Of a DNA stretch of 64,000 bases, positions 29,664 to 39,405 are shown one piece after another; position 1 is the stretch's first letter; each line of letters begins with the position of its first letter. Source of the stretch: Mycobacterium sp. (GTDB lineage: Bacteria > Actinomycetota > Actinomycetes > Mycobacteriales > Mycobacteriaceae); NCBI GenBank assembly GCA_031292695.1, contig JARLGS010000203.1:151-64150 (forward strand), read 5' to 3'. Below the pieces are notes generated by a model. It was not told the DNA's origin and searched no databases. It worked only from the letters and a program-made list of their open reading frames with translations. The translations under genes were made by a program, and so were the position numbers.

Positions 29664-30545
29664 CTAGTTAGGCTGGCTGGTGTCGAGGATGGCGGGTAAC
29701 GCCGAACGGTGGAACCCGTCAAACGGGCTATTGTGTTGCACGGGTTGCAGTTCCCACCACCCCGGCTTCGCGTTCGGTGCTCCGCCGTCGACGCGGATGC
29801 AGGTTCCCGTGATGAAGCTTGCGGCCGGTGACAGCAGGAACACCACCGCCGCGGAAACCTCCGCCTCGGTTCCGAAGCGCTGCAAGGGAATTGTGTGAGC
29901 GACTTGGTTGCGGATGAAGTCGGTGTCTTTGGTGTCGTAGGTGTCGAGCCCGCTCGATGCGATGGAACCGGGCGCGATGGTGTTCACCCGCACTCCCGCG
30001 GCAGCCCATTCGGTCGCGGCGGATTCACTCAGCGTCAGCATGCCTCCACGGGCGGCCGCCGAGTGCGCGAAGTGCGGCCAGCCGTGCCAGATGTCGGCGA
30101 TCATGTTCACGATCGCGCCGCCGTGCGACCGCATCCACTTGGTGTACACCTCGCGCATGACGATGAAGCCACCGGTCAGGTTGTTGCGCACCACCGCCTC
30201 AAAACCCTTAGTGCTGATGGTTTCCAGGGGTGCCCGGTATTGTCCGCCGGCGTTGTTGAACAACCCATCGATGCGTCCGTGTTCGGCGAGGATCGCATCG
30301 ATGACGTCGCTGACGGCGCCTTCGTCGCGGATGTCTGCGGCGTGCACGGAAACCCGCCCCCCGTCGGAGCGGATCTCGGCGCGCACGGCGTCGAGTTTGT
30401 CGGTGTTGCGGCCGACGATCGCCACACTGGCGCCCAGCGCAGCGAGTTCGTGCGCGGTGCATCGCCCGATCCCGCTTCCGCCACCGGTGATGACGACCGT
30501 GCGCCCGGCGAACAGGTCTTCCTTGAATATCGACTGATATCCCAC
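29664..30545 (-). CDS. SDR, AtuB / peroxisomal trans-2-enoyl-CoA reductase-like
   Basis: TGGGSGIG, NNAGGQY, HSAAARGG, SSGLDTY, PLQRFGTEAE. Confidence 0.8.
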   Translation of the reverse strand: MGYQSIFKEDLFAGRTVVITGGGSGIGRCTAHELAALGASVAIVGRNTDKLDAVRAEIRSDGGRVSVHAADIRDEGAVSDVIDAILAEHGRIDGLFNNAGGQYRAPLETISTKGFEAVVRNNLTGGFIVMREVYTKWMRSHGGAIVNMIADIWHGWPHFAHSAAARGGMLTLSESAATEWAAAGVRVNTIAPGSIASSGLDTYDTKDTDFIRNQVAHTIPLQRFGTEAEVSAAVVFLLSPAASFITGTCIRVDGGAPNAKPGWWELQPVQHNSPFDGFHRSALPAILDTSQPN

Positions 30546-30547
30546 AG

Positions 30548-32077
30548 CTACTCTCCTAGAAGTTGTTGGCGCAGAGCTGCTTTCTGCACCCTTCCGCTCG
30601 CTGTCTGCGGCAGCGCGTCTGTCACATGAATCTCCTTCGGCACTTTGTATCCGGCGATGAGGTCACGGCAGTGCGACACAAGATCGGAGACGTCAACCGG
30701 CTTGTCGGGGTAGGGGACAACGAAGGCGACGACGCGTTCTCCCCACTTTTGGTCGGGGGCACCCACCACGGCGACCGATTGCACCGACGGGTGCGCCGCC
30801 AAAGCGCGTTCGACCTCGGCCGAGTAGATGTTCTCGCCGCCGCTGACGATCATGTCCTTCAGTCGGTCAACGAGGAAAAGATTGCCGTCCTTGTCGCGGA
30901 TGCCGGCGTCACCAGTGTGGTACCAGCCGTCGACGATCGCGGTGGCGGTCGCGTCGGGTTTGTTCCAGTACCCACTGAACATCCACGGTGGGCGCACCAG
31001 AACCTCACCCGTCACGCCGTCGGGAACGTCGCGTCCGTTGGGGTCGACGATACGCAGCTCTACACCGAGCATCGGTTGCCCGCAGGATTTCAGCAGGTCC
31101 GGATTGTCGAGGCGGTGCTGTTCGGGGCGGAGCAGCGTGATGATGAACGTCTCAGTGGTTCCGTAGAACTGCACGAAATCGCAACCGAACACCTCCAGCG
31201 CCTGTTGCAGGGTGTGCTGTCCGATCGGGGAGCCTGCATACAGTATTCGGCGCAACGAAGAGAAGTCAGCCGGCTGCTCCGACTTGTGGTCCAACAGCAT
31301 CTGCATCGCTGTGGGAACCAGGCAGGTGACGGTCGGACGATGTGCCGCGACAGCGGCGACAAAGGCCGCCGGATCGAACGCGGACAGGATCGCCAGTGAT
31401 GCTCCGTGATACAGCGCCGGTAGCGACACCAAGGTGCCGGCCAGATGGAAGTTCGGCATGACCATCAGGCCGACGTCATCGGAGTTCCAGTTCACAGACG
31501 GCTCCGTCGCGGCGGCGCGGAACCAATTCATCACGGCCCCATGCGAAATCGGCACGCCCTTAGGCGCGGCGGTGGTACCCGACGTATAGCCGAGCAGCGC
31601 GGTGGCGTCGTCGTTCAGCGCAATGCCGGGGTCTGCACCGTCGGCGCCCGAGGACCACTGCGTTAACTCGTCTTCTCCGACGACCTGCAAGGTGATCGCT
31701 GCGGCGTCGCGCACCCGCTCGGCGACTTCGGTGAATTCACGACCGGCGAAGATCAGCGGCATCTTCGCGTCGTGCACGACTTCCACGAGTTCTGCGGCTG
31801 CGCTGCGCCAGTTGAGCGGTGCGAGAGCACATCCCGCCTTATTGGCGCCTATCCAGACCTCGAAGAACGCCGCGGTGTTTTTCCCGAGAAAGCCGATGTG
31901 GGAGCCGGGCCGGATACCGGCTGAGGTCAGCGTGTTCGCGATGCGGTTCGACTTGTCATTCAGTTGCGCATAGGTGACGACACGACTGGCGTCCATTAGT
32001 GCGGCCTTATTTGGAGCATTGCCTGCCCAGACTCGCGCGATGTCGGGGACACACCGGATGTCAGGTACGACCGTCAT
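30548..32077 (-). CDS. Long-chain fatty-acid/acyl-CoA ligase
   Basis: YTSGTTAAPKG, YGTTE, YHTGDAG, DRLKDMIVSGGEN. Start ATG 32077 after AAGGA. Confidence 0.88.
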   Translation of the reverse strand: MTVVPDIRCVPDIARVWAGNAPNKAALMDASRVVTYAQLNDKSNRIANTLTSAGIRPGSHIGFLGKNTAAFFEVWIGANKAGCALAPLNWRSAAAELVEVVHDAKMPLIFAGREFTEVAERVRDAAAITLQVVGEDELTQWSSGADGADPGIALNDDATALLGYTSGTTAAPKGVPISHGAVMNWFRAAATEPSVNWNSDDVGLMVMPNFHLAGTLVSLPALYHGASLAILSAFDPAAFVAAVAAHRPTVTCLVPTAMQMLLDHKSEQPADFSSLRRILYAGSPIGQHTLQQALEVFGCDFVQFYGTTETFIITLLRPEQHRLDNPDLLKSCGQPMLGVELRIVDPNGRDVPDGVTGEVLVRPPWMFSGYWNKPDATATAIVDGWYHTGDAGIRDKDGNLFLVDRLKDMIVSGGENIYSAEVERALAAHPSVQSVAVVGAPDQKWGERVVAFVVPYPDKPVDVSDLVSHCRDLIAGYKVPKEIHVTDALPQTASGRVQKAALRQQLLGE

Positions 32078-32107
32078 CGCCGTCCTTAAAAAGCGGACCA
32101 ATAATAC

Positions 32108-32123
32108 TATTGGTCAGACCATA
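32108..32123. promoter_or_regulatory. FadR-type operator TATTGGTCAGACCATA
   Basis: TGGT-CAG-ACCA core overlapping a minus-strand TTGACC-N16-TATGGT promoter-like element. Confidence 0.7.
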
Positions 32124-32141
32124 TCAGAAAGCGACGGCTGG

Positions 32142-33158
32142 TCAAGAGTGCAGGCTCGCGTGGAGCAGATCGAGCGCGACGTCACCGATCATGTCTTCCT
32201 GGCCGCCGACCAGGCCGCGGCGGCCGACTTCGATGAGAATGTCCCGCACGTCGAGGTCGTGGTCCTGAGCGGCGCGTTCGGCGTGGCGCAGAAAACTCGA
32301 GTAGACGCCGGCGTAACCGAGTGTGAGTGTTTCCCGGTCGACGCGCACTGGCCGGTCCTGTAGCGGGCGGACCAAATTCTCGGCGGCGTCTTGCAGGGCG
32401 AACAGGTCGCATCCGTGTTGCCAACCGTAGATATCGGCGACGGCGATGAACGCTTCGATGGGCGTGTTTCCTGCTCCGGCGCCATGACCGCACAGCGACG
32501 CATCGACACGAACGGCGCCTTCCTCGACCGCGACCACCGAGTTGGCGACCGATAACGACAAGTTCTCGTGAGCGTGGATGCCGATCTGGGTGCTGGGATC
32601 GAGCAGGTCGCGGTAGGCGCGTACCCGGTCGCGGACATCGCGCATAGTGAGGCGTCCACCGGAGTCGGTGACGTAGACACAGTGCGCTCCCGCTTCAGCC
32701 ATGAGCTTCGCTTGGCGCGCAAGGACTTCCGGTGCGGCCATGTGCGACATCATCAGGAAGCCTGAGACGTCCATGCCCAGGTCGCGCGCCTTGGCGATGT
32801 GCTGCTCGGCGATGTCGGCTTCGGTGGCGTGGGTGGCCACCCGCACCGAGGTGGCACCGAGGTCGTGCGCGGCCACCAGGTCGTGGATGGTGCCAATCCC
32901 GGGCAGCAGCAGCGTGGTCAGGCGCGCTCTCTTGACCACCTCGGCTGCTGCGGCGATCCACTGCCCGTCGGTCGAGCTGCCCGGACCGTAGGTGAGGCTG
33001 GAGCCGGCAAGGCCGTCGCCGTGGGCGACTTCGATAGCGGCGACCCCTGCGGCGTCGAGGGCGGCGGCGATCCGGCGCAGTTGGTCAACCGGCAACCGGT
33101 GACGGATGGCGTGCATGCCGTCGCGAAGTGTGACGTCCTGGAGGTAGAGCTGCGTCAT
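32142..33158 (-). CDS. mhpE: 4-hydroxy-2-oxovalerate aldolase
   Basis: [43 protein letters not shown]. Confidence 0.93.
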   Translation of the reverse strand: MTQLYLQDVTLRDGMHAIRHRLPVDQLRRIAAALDAAGVAAIEVAHGDGLAGSSLTYGPGSSTDGQWIAAAAEVVKRARLTTLLLPGIGTIHDLVAAHDLGATSVRVATHATEADIAEQHIAKARDLGMDVSGFLMMSHMAAPEVLARQAKLMAEAGAHCVYVTDSGGRLTMRDVRDRVRAYRDLLDPSTQIGIHAHENLSLSVANSVVAVEEGAVRVDASLCGHGAGAGNTPIEAFIAVADIYGWQHGCDLFALQDAAENLVRPLQDRPVRVDRETLTLGYAGVYSSFLRHAERAAQDHDLDVRDILIEVGRRGLVGGQEDMIGDVALDLLHASLHS

Positions 33159-34096
33159 GGGACCCGTTCTTCTGTTCGCGCGGCGATGCTTTCACCGACC
33201 CGCAATGCGGCCGAGGTCATGATGTCGAGGTTTCCGGCATAGGCAGGCAAGTAGTGCGCGGCGCCTTCGACTTCCAGGTACACCGACACCTGCCAACGCG
33301 GGCGGGCTTGTCCGGAGCTGACCAAGTCCTGAGCCGGGTCGTCGGCGTCGAGCCGGCGGAACTGCACGCGTTGTTTGAGCCGGTAGCCCGGCACGTAGGC
33401 GGCGACGGCGTCAACCATTGCGATGATGCCTCTTTCGACGTCAGGGAGGTCGGCTTCGCCGATGAGGCAGTGCACGGTGTCGCGCATGATCAGCGGTGGA
33501 TCGGCGGGATTGAGCACGATAATGGCCTTCGCCCGGTTGGCGCCGCCGACGACCTGCAAGGCCTTGGCGGTCGTCTCGGTGAACTCATCGATGTTGGCCC
33601 GGGTGCCGGGACCCGCCGACTTCGACGCGATCGAGGCGACGATCTCGGCGTAGAGCACCGGTGTGGTGGCGGAGACCGCCGCGACGATGGGGATGGTGGC
33701 CTGGCCGCCGCAGGTCACCATGTTGACGTTCGGGCTGTCCAGATGTTCGCGCAGGTTCACGGCAGGCACCACGAACGGGCCGACCGCCGCCGGTGTGAGG
33801 TCGACCAGTCGCTTACCGTGCGGTGCGAGCAGCCGCGCGTTGTCGAGATGCGCGGTGGCTGATGTCGCGTCGAACACCACCGCGATGTCGTCGAAGCCCG
33901 GCATATCCAGCAGGCCCCGCACACCGCCGGCGGTGGTCGGCACGCCGAGGCGCTGCGCCCGGCGCAGGCCGTCGGAGTCCGGGTCGATGCCGACCATCGC
34001 GCCCATCTCGAGGTCTTCTGAGAGCCGCAGCACCTTGATCATCAGGTCCGTACCGATATTGCCCGAGCCGATGACGGCGACCTTGGTGCGCATCAT
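33155..34096 (-). CDS. mhpF: Acetaldehyde dehydrogenase (acylating)
   Basis: [41 protein letters not shown]. Confidence 0.93.
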   Translation of the reverse strand: MMRTKVAVIGSGNIGTDLMIKVLRLSEDLEMGAMVGIDPDSDGLRRAQRLGVPTTAGGVRGLLDMPGFDDIAVVFDATSATAHLDNARLLAPHGKRLVDLTPAAVGPFVVPAVNLREHLDSPNVNMVTCGGQATIPIVAAVSATTPVLYAEIVASIASKSAGPGTRANIDEFTETTAKALQVVGGANRAKAIIVLNPADPPLIMRDTVHCLIGEADLPDVERGIIAMVDAVAAYVPGYRLKQRVQFRRLDADDPAQDLVSSGQARPRWQVSVYLEVEGAAHYLPAYAGNLDIMTSAALRVGESIAARTEERVP

Positions 34097-34890
34097 TCGG
34101 CCACCTCGGTGAAAGAGATCTCGACGGAGCCGATTCCGTCGATCTCGGCTACGTACGTGCTGCCCGGCCGCACCGGCACCATGGGCCCCAGCGCACCGGA
34201 GAGCACGATGTGACCGGCACGCAGGGGAGAGCCGTTCTCCTGGGCGATGCGAGCAAGCCACCGCAGCGCGTTCAGTGGGCTGCCCAGACAGTCCGCACCC
34301 CGCCCGGTGGAGACCACTACACCGTCTTCTGTGAGCTGCATTGTGCGCGAGGCGAAGTCGAGGTCGGCGGCGGCCGCCACTTCCGACCCCAGCACGAACA
34401 GGGCTGACGAGCCGTTGTCAGCGATGGTGTCGACAATGCTGATCGACCAGTCGCGCACCCGCGAGTCGACGATCTCGATGGCCGGTATCGCGACACCGGC
34501 GGCGGCTCTGATCCGCGAATCCGACAGGTCGCCGTCGAGGTCCTCGGCGAGGATGAACGCGATCTCGGCCTCGACCTTGGGCTGTAGCAGCGTGTCGGTC
34601 GCGACTGTGGCTCCCGATGCCACCTGCATGTCGGCGAACAGCACACCGGAATCGGGTTGGTCCACACCCAATTGCCGCTGCACCGCCGGGGAAGTCAGGC
34701 CGATCTTGTGGCCGACGATCCCGCGTCCTCGCGCTAGTGAGTCCTCGGTGAGCAGGCGCTGCACCGCGTAAGCGGACGAGATGTCTGTCGCGCCCAGGAT
34801 GTCCCGCACCGGATCGCATTGCCGCGGTCCGGCGGCGGCTGCGATCAACCGGTCCGCCGCCTCGCGCAGACGTGTTGTGTTGATAGCCAT
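34093..34890 (-). CDS. mhpD: 2-keto-4-pentenoate hydratase
   Basis: [36 protein letters not shown]. Confidence 0.92.
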   Translation of the reverse strand: MAINTTRLREAADRLIAAAAGPRQCDPVRDILGATDISSAYAVQRLLTEDSLARGRGIVGHKIGLTSPAVQRQLGVDQPDSGVLFADMQVASGATVATDTLLQPKVEAEIAFILAEDLDGDLSDSRIRAAAGVAIPAIEIVDSRVRDWSISIVDTIADNGSSALFVLGSEVAAAADLDFASRTMQLTEDGVVVSTGRGADCLGSPLNALRWLARIAQENGSPLRAGHIVLSGALGPMVPVRPGSTYVAEIDGIGSVEISFTEVAE

Positions 34891-34927
34891 GGGGTTTGGA
34901 TCCCTCAGGGTTGTGGCTGGTTGGGCG

Positions 34928-35692
34928 TCAGCCCATGCTGCTGCCGCCATTGACGTAAATCGTCTGTCCAGTGATGAACCGGCTGTCCTCGCCGGCAAGG
35001 AATGCCACAGCCGCCGCCACCTCCGCCGGATCACCCGGGCGTCCGAGCGGCACGATGGCGGTTCCCTCTTCGACGACACGCTGCAGACGCGGCGGCGCCT
35101 GGCCGGATTCGAGCAGCTTCGCCAGTTCTGGTGTGCGCACGTAGCACGGCGCCACGGTGTTCGCGGTGATACCGGCGCCGGCGAACTCGCGTGCGATGCC
35201 CGTGACCATCGCGTGCACGCCGCCCTTTGCGGCGTTGTACATCGCGTGATCCACCAGACCGGTGCGCACCGAGTCGGCGCCGATGTTGATGATGCGGCCC
35301 TGTCCGCGAGACGCCATGTGCGGCAGCACTGCTCGCACACAGTAGATCGTCGTCCACAGGTTGTTGTCGATGGTGGCTCGCAACGACTCCTCGGTGTGCT
35401 CGAGCGTTGGCCGGATCACGCCGCCGCCGGCGTTGTTGACCAGAACATCGACATGGCCGAGCGTCTCGACAGCCGTCGCCACCAGGTCGTCGGCCGTGCC
35501 GCGCTGGTGGAGTTCACCGACGAAGCCGCCCGCGATGGCCGCATGCTCGTACACGCGTTCGAGGTCTTCCTTGTTGCGGGTCGCCGCGAAAACCGCTGTG
35601 CCATCCTGGATTAGACGTGCGGCGATAGCCAGGCCGATACCGGATGCGGTGCCGGTGACGACCGCGGTCCGGGTGTTCAGTGCGGCGCTCAC
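34928..35692 (-). CDS. cis-dihydrodiol dehydrogenase (SDR, CmtB/BenD-like)
   Basis: TGTASGIG, NNAGGG, NLWTTIYC, YNAAKGG. Translationally coupled to the dioxygenase beta subunit. Confidence 0.8.
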   Translation of the reverse strand: MSAALNTRTAVVTGTASGIGLAIAARLIQDGTAVFAATRNKEDLERVYEHAAIAGGFVGELHQRGTADDLVATAVETLGHVDVLVNNAGGGVIRPTLEHTEESLRATIDNNLWTTIYCVRAVLPHMASRGQGRIINIGADSVRTGLVDHAMYNAAKGGVHAMVTGIAREFAGAGITANTVAPCYVRTPELAKLLESGQAPPRLQRVVEEGTAIVPLGRPGDPAEVAAAVAFLAGEDSRFITGQTIYVNGGSSMG

Positions 35693-36192
35693 AGGATGAT
35701 CGCGACGTCGCCGACGGAACGCAGGTCCGTCATGTCCAGCTCCACTCGCTTTGCGGCGATCCGAAAACCGCTGTGGCCTTGCCGCAGCCGGTAGCGGTAC
35801 TGGCCGACATAGCAACTGGTGCGTCCCGCTCGGAATCGCCACACGGTGAACGACGCGGTCACCGATAGCTCTTCGGCTGACACGTCCTGCACTCGCACGT
35901 TGAACACCTGGTGATTCGTTCGGGAATGCGGGTACTCGCGGTGGGCGCGTCGGCTGTTGAGCCGGGTTACCCTCGCCGCCAGCCGCACATAGTTGTCGTC
36001 GATGAGCATCAGGTCGGTGGCCGGATCGCCGTCGGGTGCGTCGTTGCAGGGCACCTCGTACTTGGCGTCCTCGTCGAAGAGCAGCAGCCAGTCATCGAGC
36101 ACCCACGCGTCGAGCAACGCGGCCTCGGCATAGAGGAATTCCTCGACCTGCTGCCTCAACAAGACCTGCTGCTGCCAAGCCATGGCGGTCAC
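35689..36192 (-). CDS. Ring-hydroxylating dioxygenase beta subunit (p-cumate dioxygenase-like)
   Basis: VEEFLYAEAALLD, RLAARVTRL..AHREYPHSRT, KRVELD. Confidence 0.88.
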   Translation of the reverse strand: MTAMAWQQQVLLRQQVEEFLYAEAALLDAWVLDDWLLLFDEDAKYEVPCNDAPDGDPATDLMLIDDNYVRLAARVTRLNSRRAHREYPHSRTNHQVFNVRVQDVSAEELSVTASFTVWRFRAGRTSCYVGQYRYRLRQGHSGFRIAAKRVELDMTDLRSVGDVAIIL

Positions 36193-37499
36193 TGGGCACC
36201 TGCCCGGTCCGCCGCGGCACCCATCTGGTGCTGCCAGCGCCGCCAGAACACGCGCATCTGCTCTTCGTCGTTGGCCGAGGGCGAGCGACCCATGCCGCGG
36301 GAGATGTCGTTCCATTCGACGCCACCGCTGGCGAAGCCCTGCTGGCAGGACTCCAACGCTTCCAAGTCGTCGGGGGTGGCGAAACCGCCCGGGCCGAGAA
36401 ACGTCAAGAAGCTATCGAGCCGGCGGTGACGCAGGGACGCCGGCTCGTTGCTGGGAGCCAGTGCCCATGCGGTGACGTCGACGGTGTCGGGCGCAGGCGG
36501 ATAGAAGGTGCGCACCGTCACGGCCATGATGTCGTTGATAATCAGGTTCGGGTAGATCAGCAGGTTGCGGTTCACTTCCGACATGGCGTGCGCACGCTGC
36601 TCGCCGTGACGGGCGACCAGATCGGCCCGCAGCCGGTCGATTTCGGTGTGGGCGTCGGCACCGAACAGCGGCTCCCACTTGGCGACCGGACGTCCCCACG
36701 GGGAACTGTATTCGATCACGGCGTGACCGTTGCCCAGGTCGACGGCTCGACCGCTGACCCCCCCGCGCAAGTCGGTGCCGATGGACACCAGGTACTTGAA
36801 GTAGGTGTCGTGCGTGGACTCCGCATGGTATCCGTCGAAACTATTCTCCACCAATAGCTTCCAGTTGGCGCCGAAGCTGTACTGGTTGGTGCCGCGGGCC
36901 ATCTCGACCGACCCGCCGCAGCCGTCGACGACGAGATCGATGTAGTCTTTCGCGCCGGCCAGATAGGTGGGCAGGTCGTCGATGTCGGGGTCGAAGCTGG
37001 CAAAGACGAAGCCCCGGTAGGACTCCGCGCGCGCCACCCGCTTGAGCCCCAAATCGTCGAAGTTGACTCCGCCGGCGTAAGCGTCGCGATCGGGCACCCC
37101 CTTGAGCCGGCCTTCGGAGTCGAAGGTCCAGGCGTGATAGAAGCACTGGAATACTTTGGAATTGCCGGAGTCCTGGCGGCACACCAACGCGCCACGGTGC
37201 GTGCAGGTGTTGTGGAATACGTTGACGTTGCCGGTTTTCACTCCGCGGACCATGAAGATCGGTCGACCGCCGACGGGCCGCCGGACGAAGTCACCCGGCT
37301 TGGGGATCTCCGATTCGTGGCCGACGTAGAGCCACGACTTGCCGAAGATCCGCTCGACCTCGGCTCGGTGTATCTCGGGCGAGGTCATCGCTGAGCGGTG
37401 CACCTGAAACCGTTGCGCCACAGGGTCGTCGACGACGATCGGCAGCTGAGGCGCTACGTCGATTGCCTGGGTAACCCACGGCTCGATACCGGTGCTCAT
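36189..37499 (-). CDS. Rieske ring-hydroxylating dioxygenase alpha subunit (p-cumate 2,3-dioxygenase CmtAb-like)
   Basis: CTHRG..CFYHAW Rieske motif, ENSFDGYHAESTH iron site, DLGNGHA, WGRPVAKW, FLGPGGFATPDD. Confidence 0.88.
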   Translation of the reverse strand: MSTGIEPWVTQAIDVAPQLPIVVDDPVAQRFQVHRSAMTSPEIHRAEVERIFGKSWLYVGHESEIPKPGDFVRRPVGGRPIFMVRGVKTGNVNVFHNTCTHRGALVCRQDSGNSKVFQCFYHAWTFDSEGRLKGVPDRDAYAGGVNFDDLGLKRVARAESYRGFVFASFDPDIDDLPTYLAGAKDYIDLVVDGCGGSVEMARGTNQYSFGANWKLLVENSFDGYHAESTHDTYFKYLVSIGTDLRGGVSGRAVDLGNGHAVIEYSSPWGRPVAKWEPLFGADAHTEIDRLRADLVARHGEQRAHAMSEVNRNLLIYPNLIINDIMAVTVRTFYPPAPDTVDVTAWALAPSNEPASLRHRRLDSFLTFLGPGGFATPDDLEALESCQQGFASGGVEWNDISRGMGRSPSANDEEQMRVFWRRWQHQMGAAADRAGAQ

Positions 37500-38332
37500 C
37501 GCCGTGCCAGGTAGTCGGCGACCAGTGCGGAGAACTCGTCGGCGCGCTCGATCTGGGTCCAATGTCCGCATGCGCTGAACACATGCAGGTCGGCGTTGGG
37601 CAACAGCCCCAGCATCGTGACGGAGACCTGCATCGGGACTACCTTGTCCTCCCGGCCGTGTACCAGCAGTGCGGGTGTGGCTATGGCACGCACCTCGTCC
37701 TCGGTGATACTGAGCTCGGATCCGGTGTGGCGTGGATCGAAGAACATGCTGCGGTACGCCTCGTAGGCGCCGTCGGCGATGCTGGCCTCATACCGGATCG
37801 CGACGAGTTCGTCGGTGATCATTGCCGGATCGACCGCGAAGTAGTTGCGCAGTAGATCGCTCATCGCGTCATGAGACGGTTCGTAGGCGCGCAACGCGGC
37901 AAGACCGCCGGTGAGCGTCATGCCGACACCGGGTGCGCCCATCAGCACCATCTTGGTGATCCGGTCCGGGCGGTCGGTGGCCATCTGCAGCGCGATGCGC
38001 CCGCCGAGCGAGTTGCCGACGATCGCGGTCTTCTCGATGCCGTGTGCATCGAGGAACGCCCAGATGTGATCGGTCCAGGTGCGCAGCGAATAGACGATGT
38101 CATCGGGCCGCTCGGTGGCGCCGAAACCGACGATGTCCGGAGCGAGCACGCGGAATCGTTGCGACAACGTTCCGATGTTGCGCTGCCAGTTGGCCATCGC
38201 TGACACCCCGGGGCCCGAGCCGTGCAGCATGACAACGGGGTCGCCGGCACCCGCCTCGAGGTAGCTGGTTTCGATGCCTCCGGCATCGATGGTGCGTGGC
38301 TCTAACGCGATCCCTGCGACGGTTGATGTCAT
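37496..38332 (-). CDS. Meta-cleavage product C-C hydrolase (CmtE/BphD/TodF family)
   Basis: HGSGPGVS, GNSLGG, HGREDKVV, CGHWTQIE. Confidence 0.9.
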   Translation of the reverse strand: MTSTVAGIALEPRTIDAGGIETSYLEAGAGDPVVMLHGSGPGVSAMANWQRNIGTLSQRFRVLAPDIVGFGATERPDDIVYSLRTWTDHIWAFLDAHGIEKTAIVGNSLGGRIALQMATDRPDRITKMVLMGAPGVGMTLTGGLAALRAYEPSHDAMSDLLRNYFAVDPAMITDELVAIRYEASIADGAYEAYRSMFFDPRHTGSELSITEDEVRAIATPALLVHGREDKVVPMQVSVTMLGLLPNADLHVFSACGHWTQIERADEFSALVADYLARR

Positions 38333-39405
38333 CGCGAGCATCCTTCCTTGAACACGGCAAAACACTTGTTGGAGTTGAAGACATCGGTGGTGACGAGCTC
38401 TGACCACCCAAGATCGAGGCCGAGTTCGTCGACCGCTCCGGTCAGGCAGAACCAGTTGAGCATTTCGTGCTGACCGGAGTCGACGATTTCGCGGCTGGGG
38501 GTGGCCTGCCACTTTTCGTAGTCGCGCTCGACGAACAACTGGTACAACCGGCTGTCTGCGGCGGTGTCGGGTGTGATGTGCCATGTCTTGTCGGTCAGGA
38601 ACGCGTGCGACCAACTCGACGACGCCACCAGCGCCACACGTAAGTCGGTGTCGCGGAACGCCTGCGCGACCGCGCGGCCCAGCGCATAGCAGCGGGCCGG
38701 AGTCGGCCCGGACGGATCGAGCCGTTCGTCGGCGATGGCGGCGAATCGCGCCAGGCCGCCCCTGCGGGCAATTGCGTGCTGCCCGTAGCAGTTGACTGTG
38801 ATGGGGATGATGCGGTAATCGAATTGCGCCCCAGCGTTGGGATAGTCAAGGAACAGTTGGGTATTGACGATCGCGTGCGGGAAAGGAGCGTCGCTGCGCT
38901 TCCGGTAGGAGTAGGCTATGTCGAAGCCCCGGCCGATCAGGTCGTCGGTGAGCCGGCGGGCGCCCTCGGGGTCGCCGTGCAGAGTGATGGTGGTGTCGTC
39001 GGGCAGGCCCCAAGCGTTCGGGCTGCCGCGGTGGGTCATCAGCTCGAAGGGGTTCACGTCGACGTCGCCGTAGGCGAGCACGCAGAACGGGGGGATGACC
39101 TCTTCGCGGAAGTTCTCGTACTGGTCGTCCCCCCATACCACCACGACGTCAGGGCCGAACTCGTCAAGCGCATCACGACAGCGAGAAAGGTTCTCCACCA
39201 ACAGCTTGCGGTGATGTGCCGCAGCCGCGACTCCGCCGTCGGTGGCCCATTCGGCGCGCATCGACGCTGACCAGTTGGCGGGATCCTTTGCCCCGGCGGG
39301 AATGTCGGGATCAGTCAAGGTCCAGCGCAACAGGTCCGCCATGTGCTCGTCGGTACCGGCCAGCAGCGGATAGTGGGTCAGTCCCAGACCCAGGAACTGC
39401 GCCAT
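38329..39405 (-). CDS. LigB/MhpB-superfamily extradiol dioxygenase
   Basis: GLGLTHYP, WGDDQYENF, PHA, SSSWSHAFL, GQHEMLNW. Confidence 0.78.
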   Translation of the reverse strand: MAQFLGLGLTHYPLLAGTDEHMADLLRWTLTDPDIPAGAKDPANWSASMRAEWATDGGVAAAAHHRKLLVENLSRCRDALDEFGPDVVVVWGDDQYENFREEVIPPFCVLAYGDVDVNPFELMTHRGSPNAWGLPDDTTITLHGDPEGARRLTDDLIGRGFDIAYSYRKRSDAPFPHAIVNTQLFLDYPNAGAQFDYRIIPITVNCYGQHAIARRGGLARFAAIADERLDPSGPTPARCYALGRAVAQAFRDTDLRVALVASSSWSHAFLTDKTWHITPDTAADSRLYQLFVERDYEKWQATPSREIVDSGQHEMLNWFCLTGAVDELGLDLGWSELVTTDVFNSNKCFAVFKEGCSR

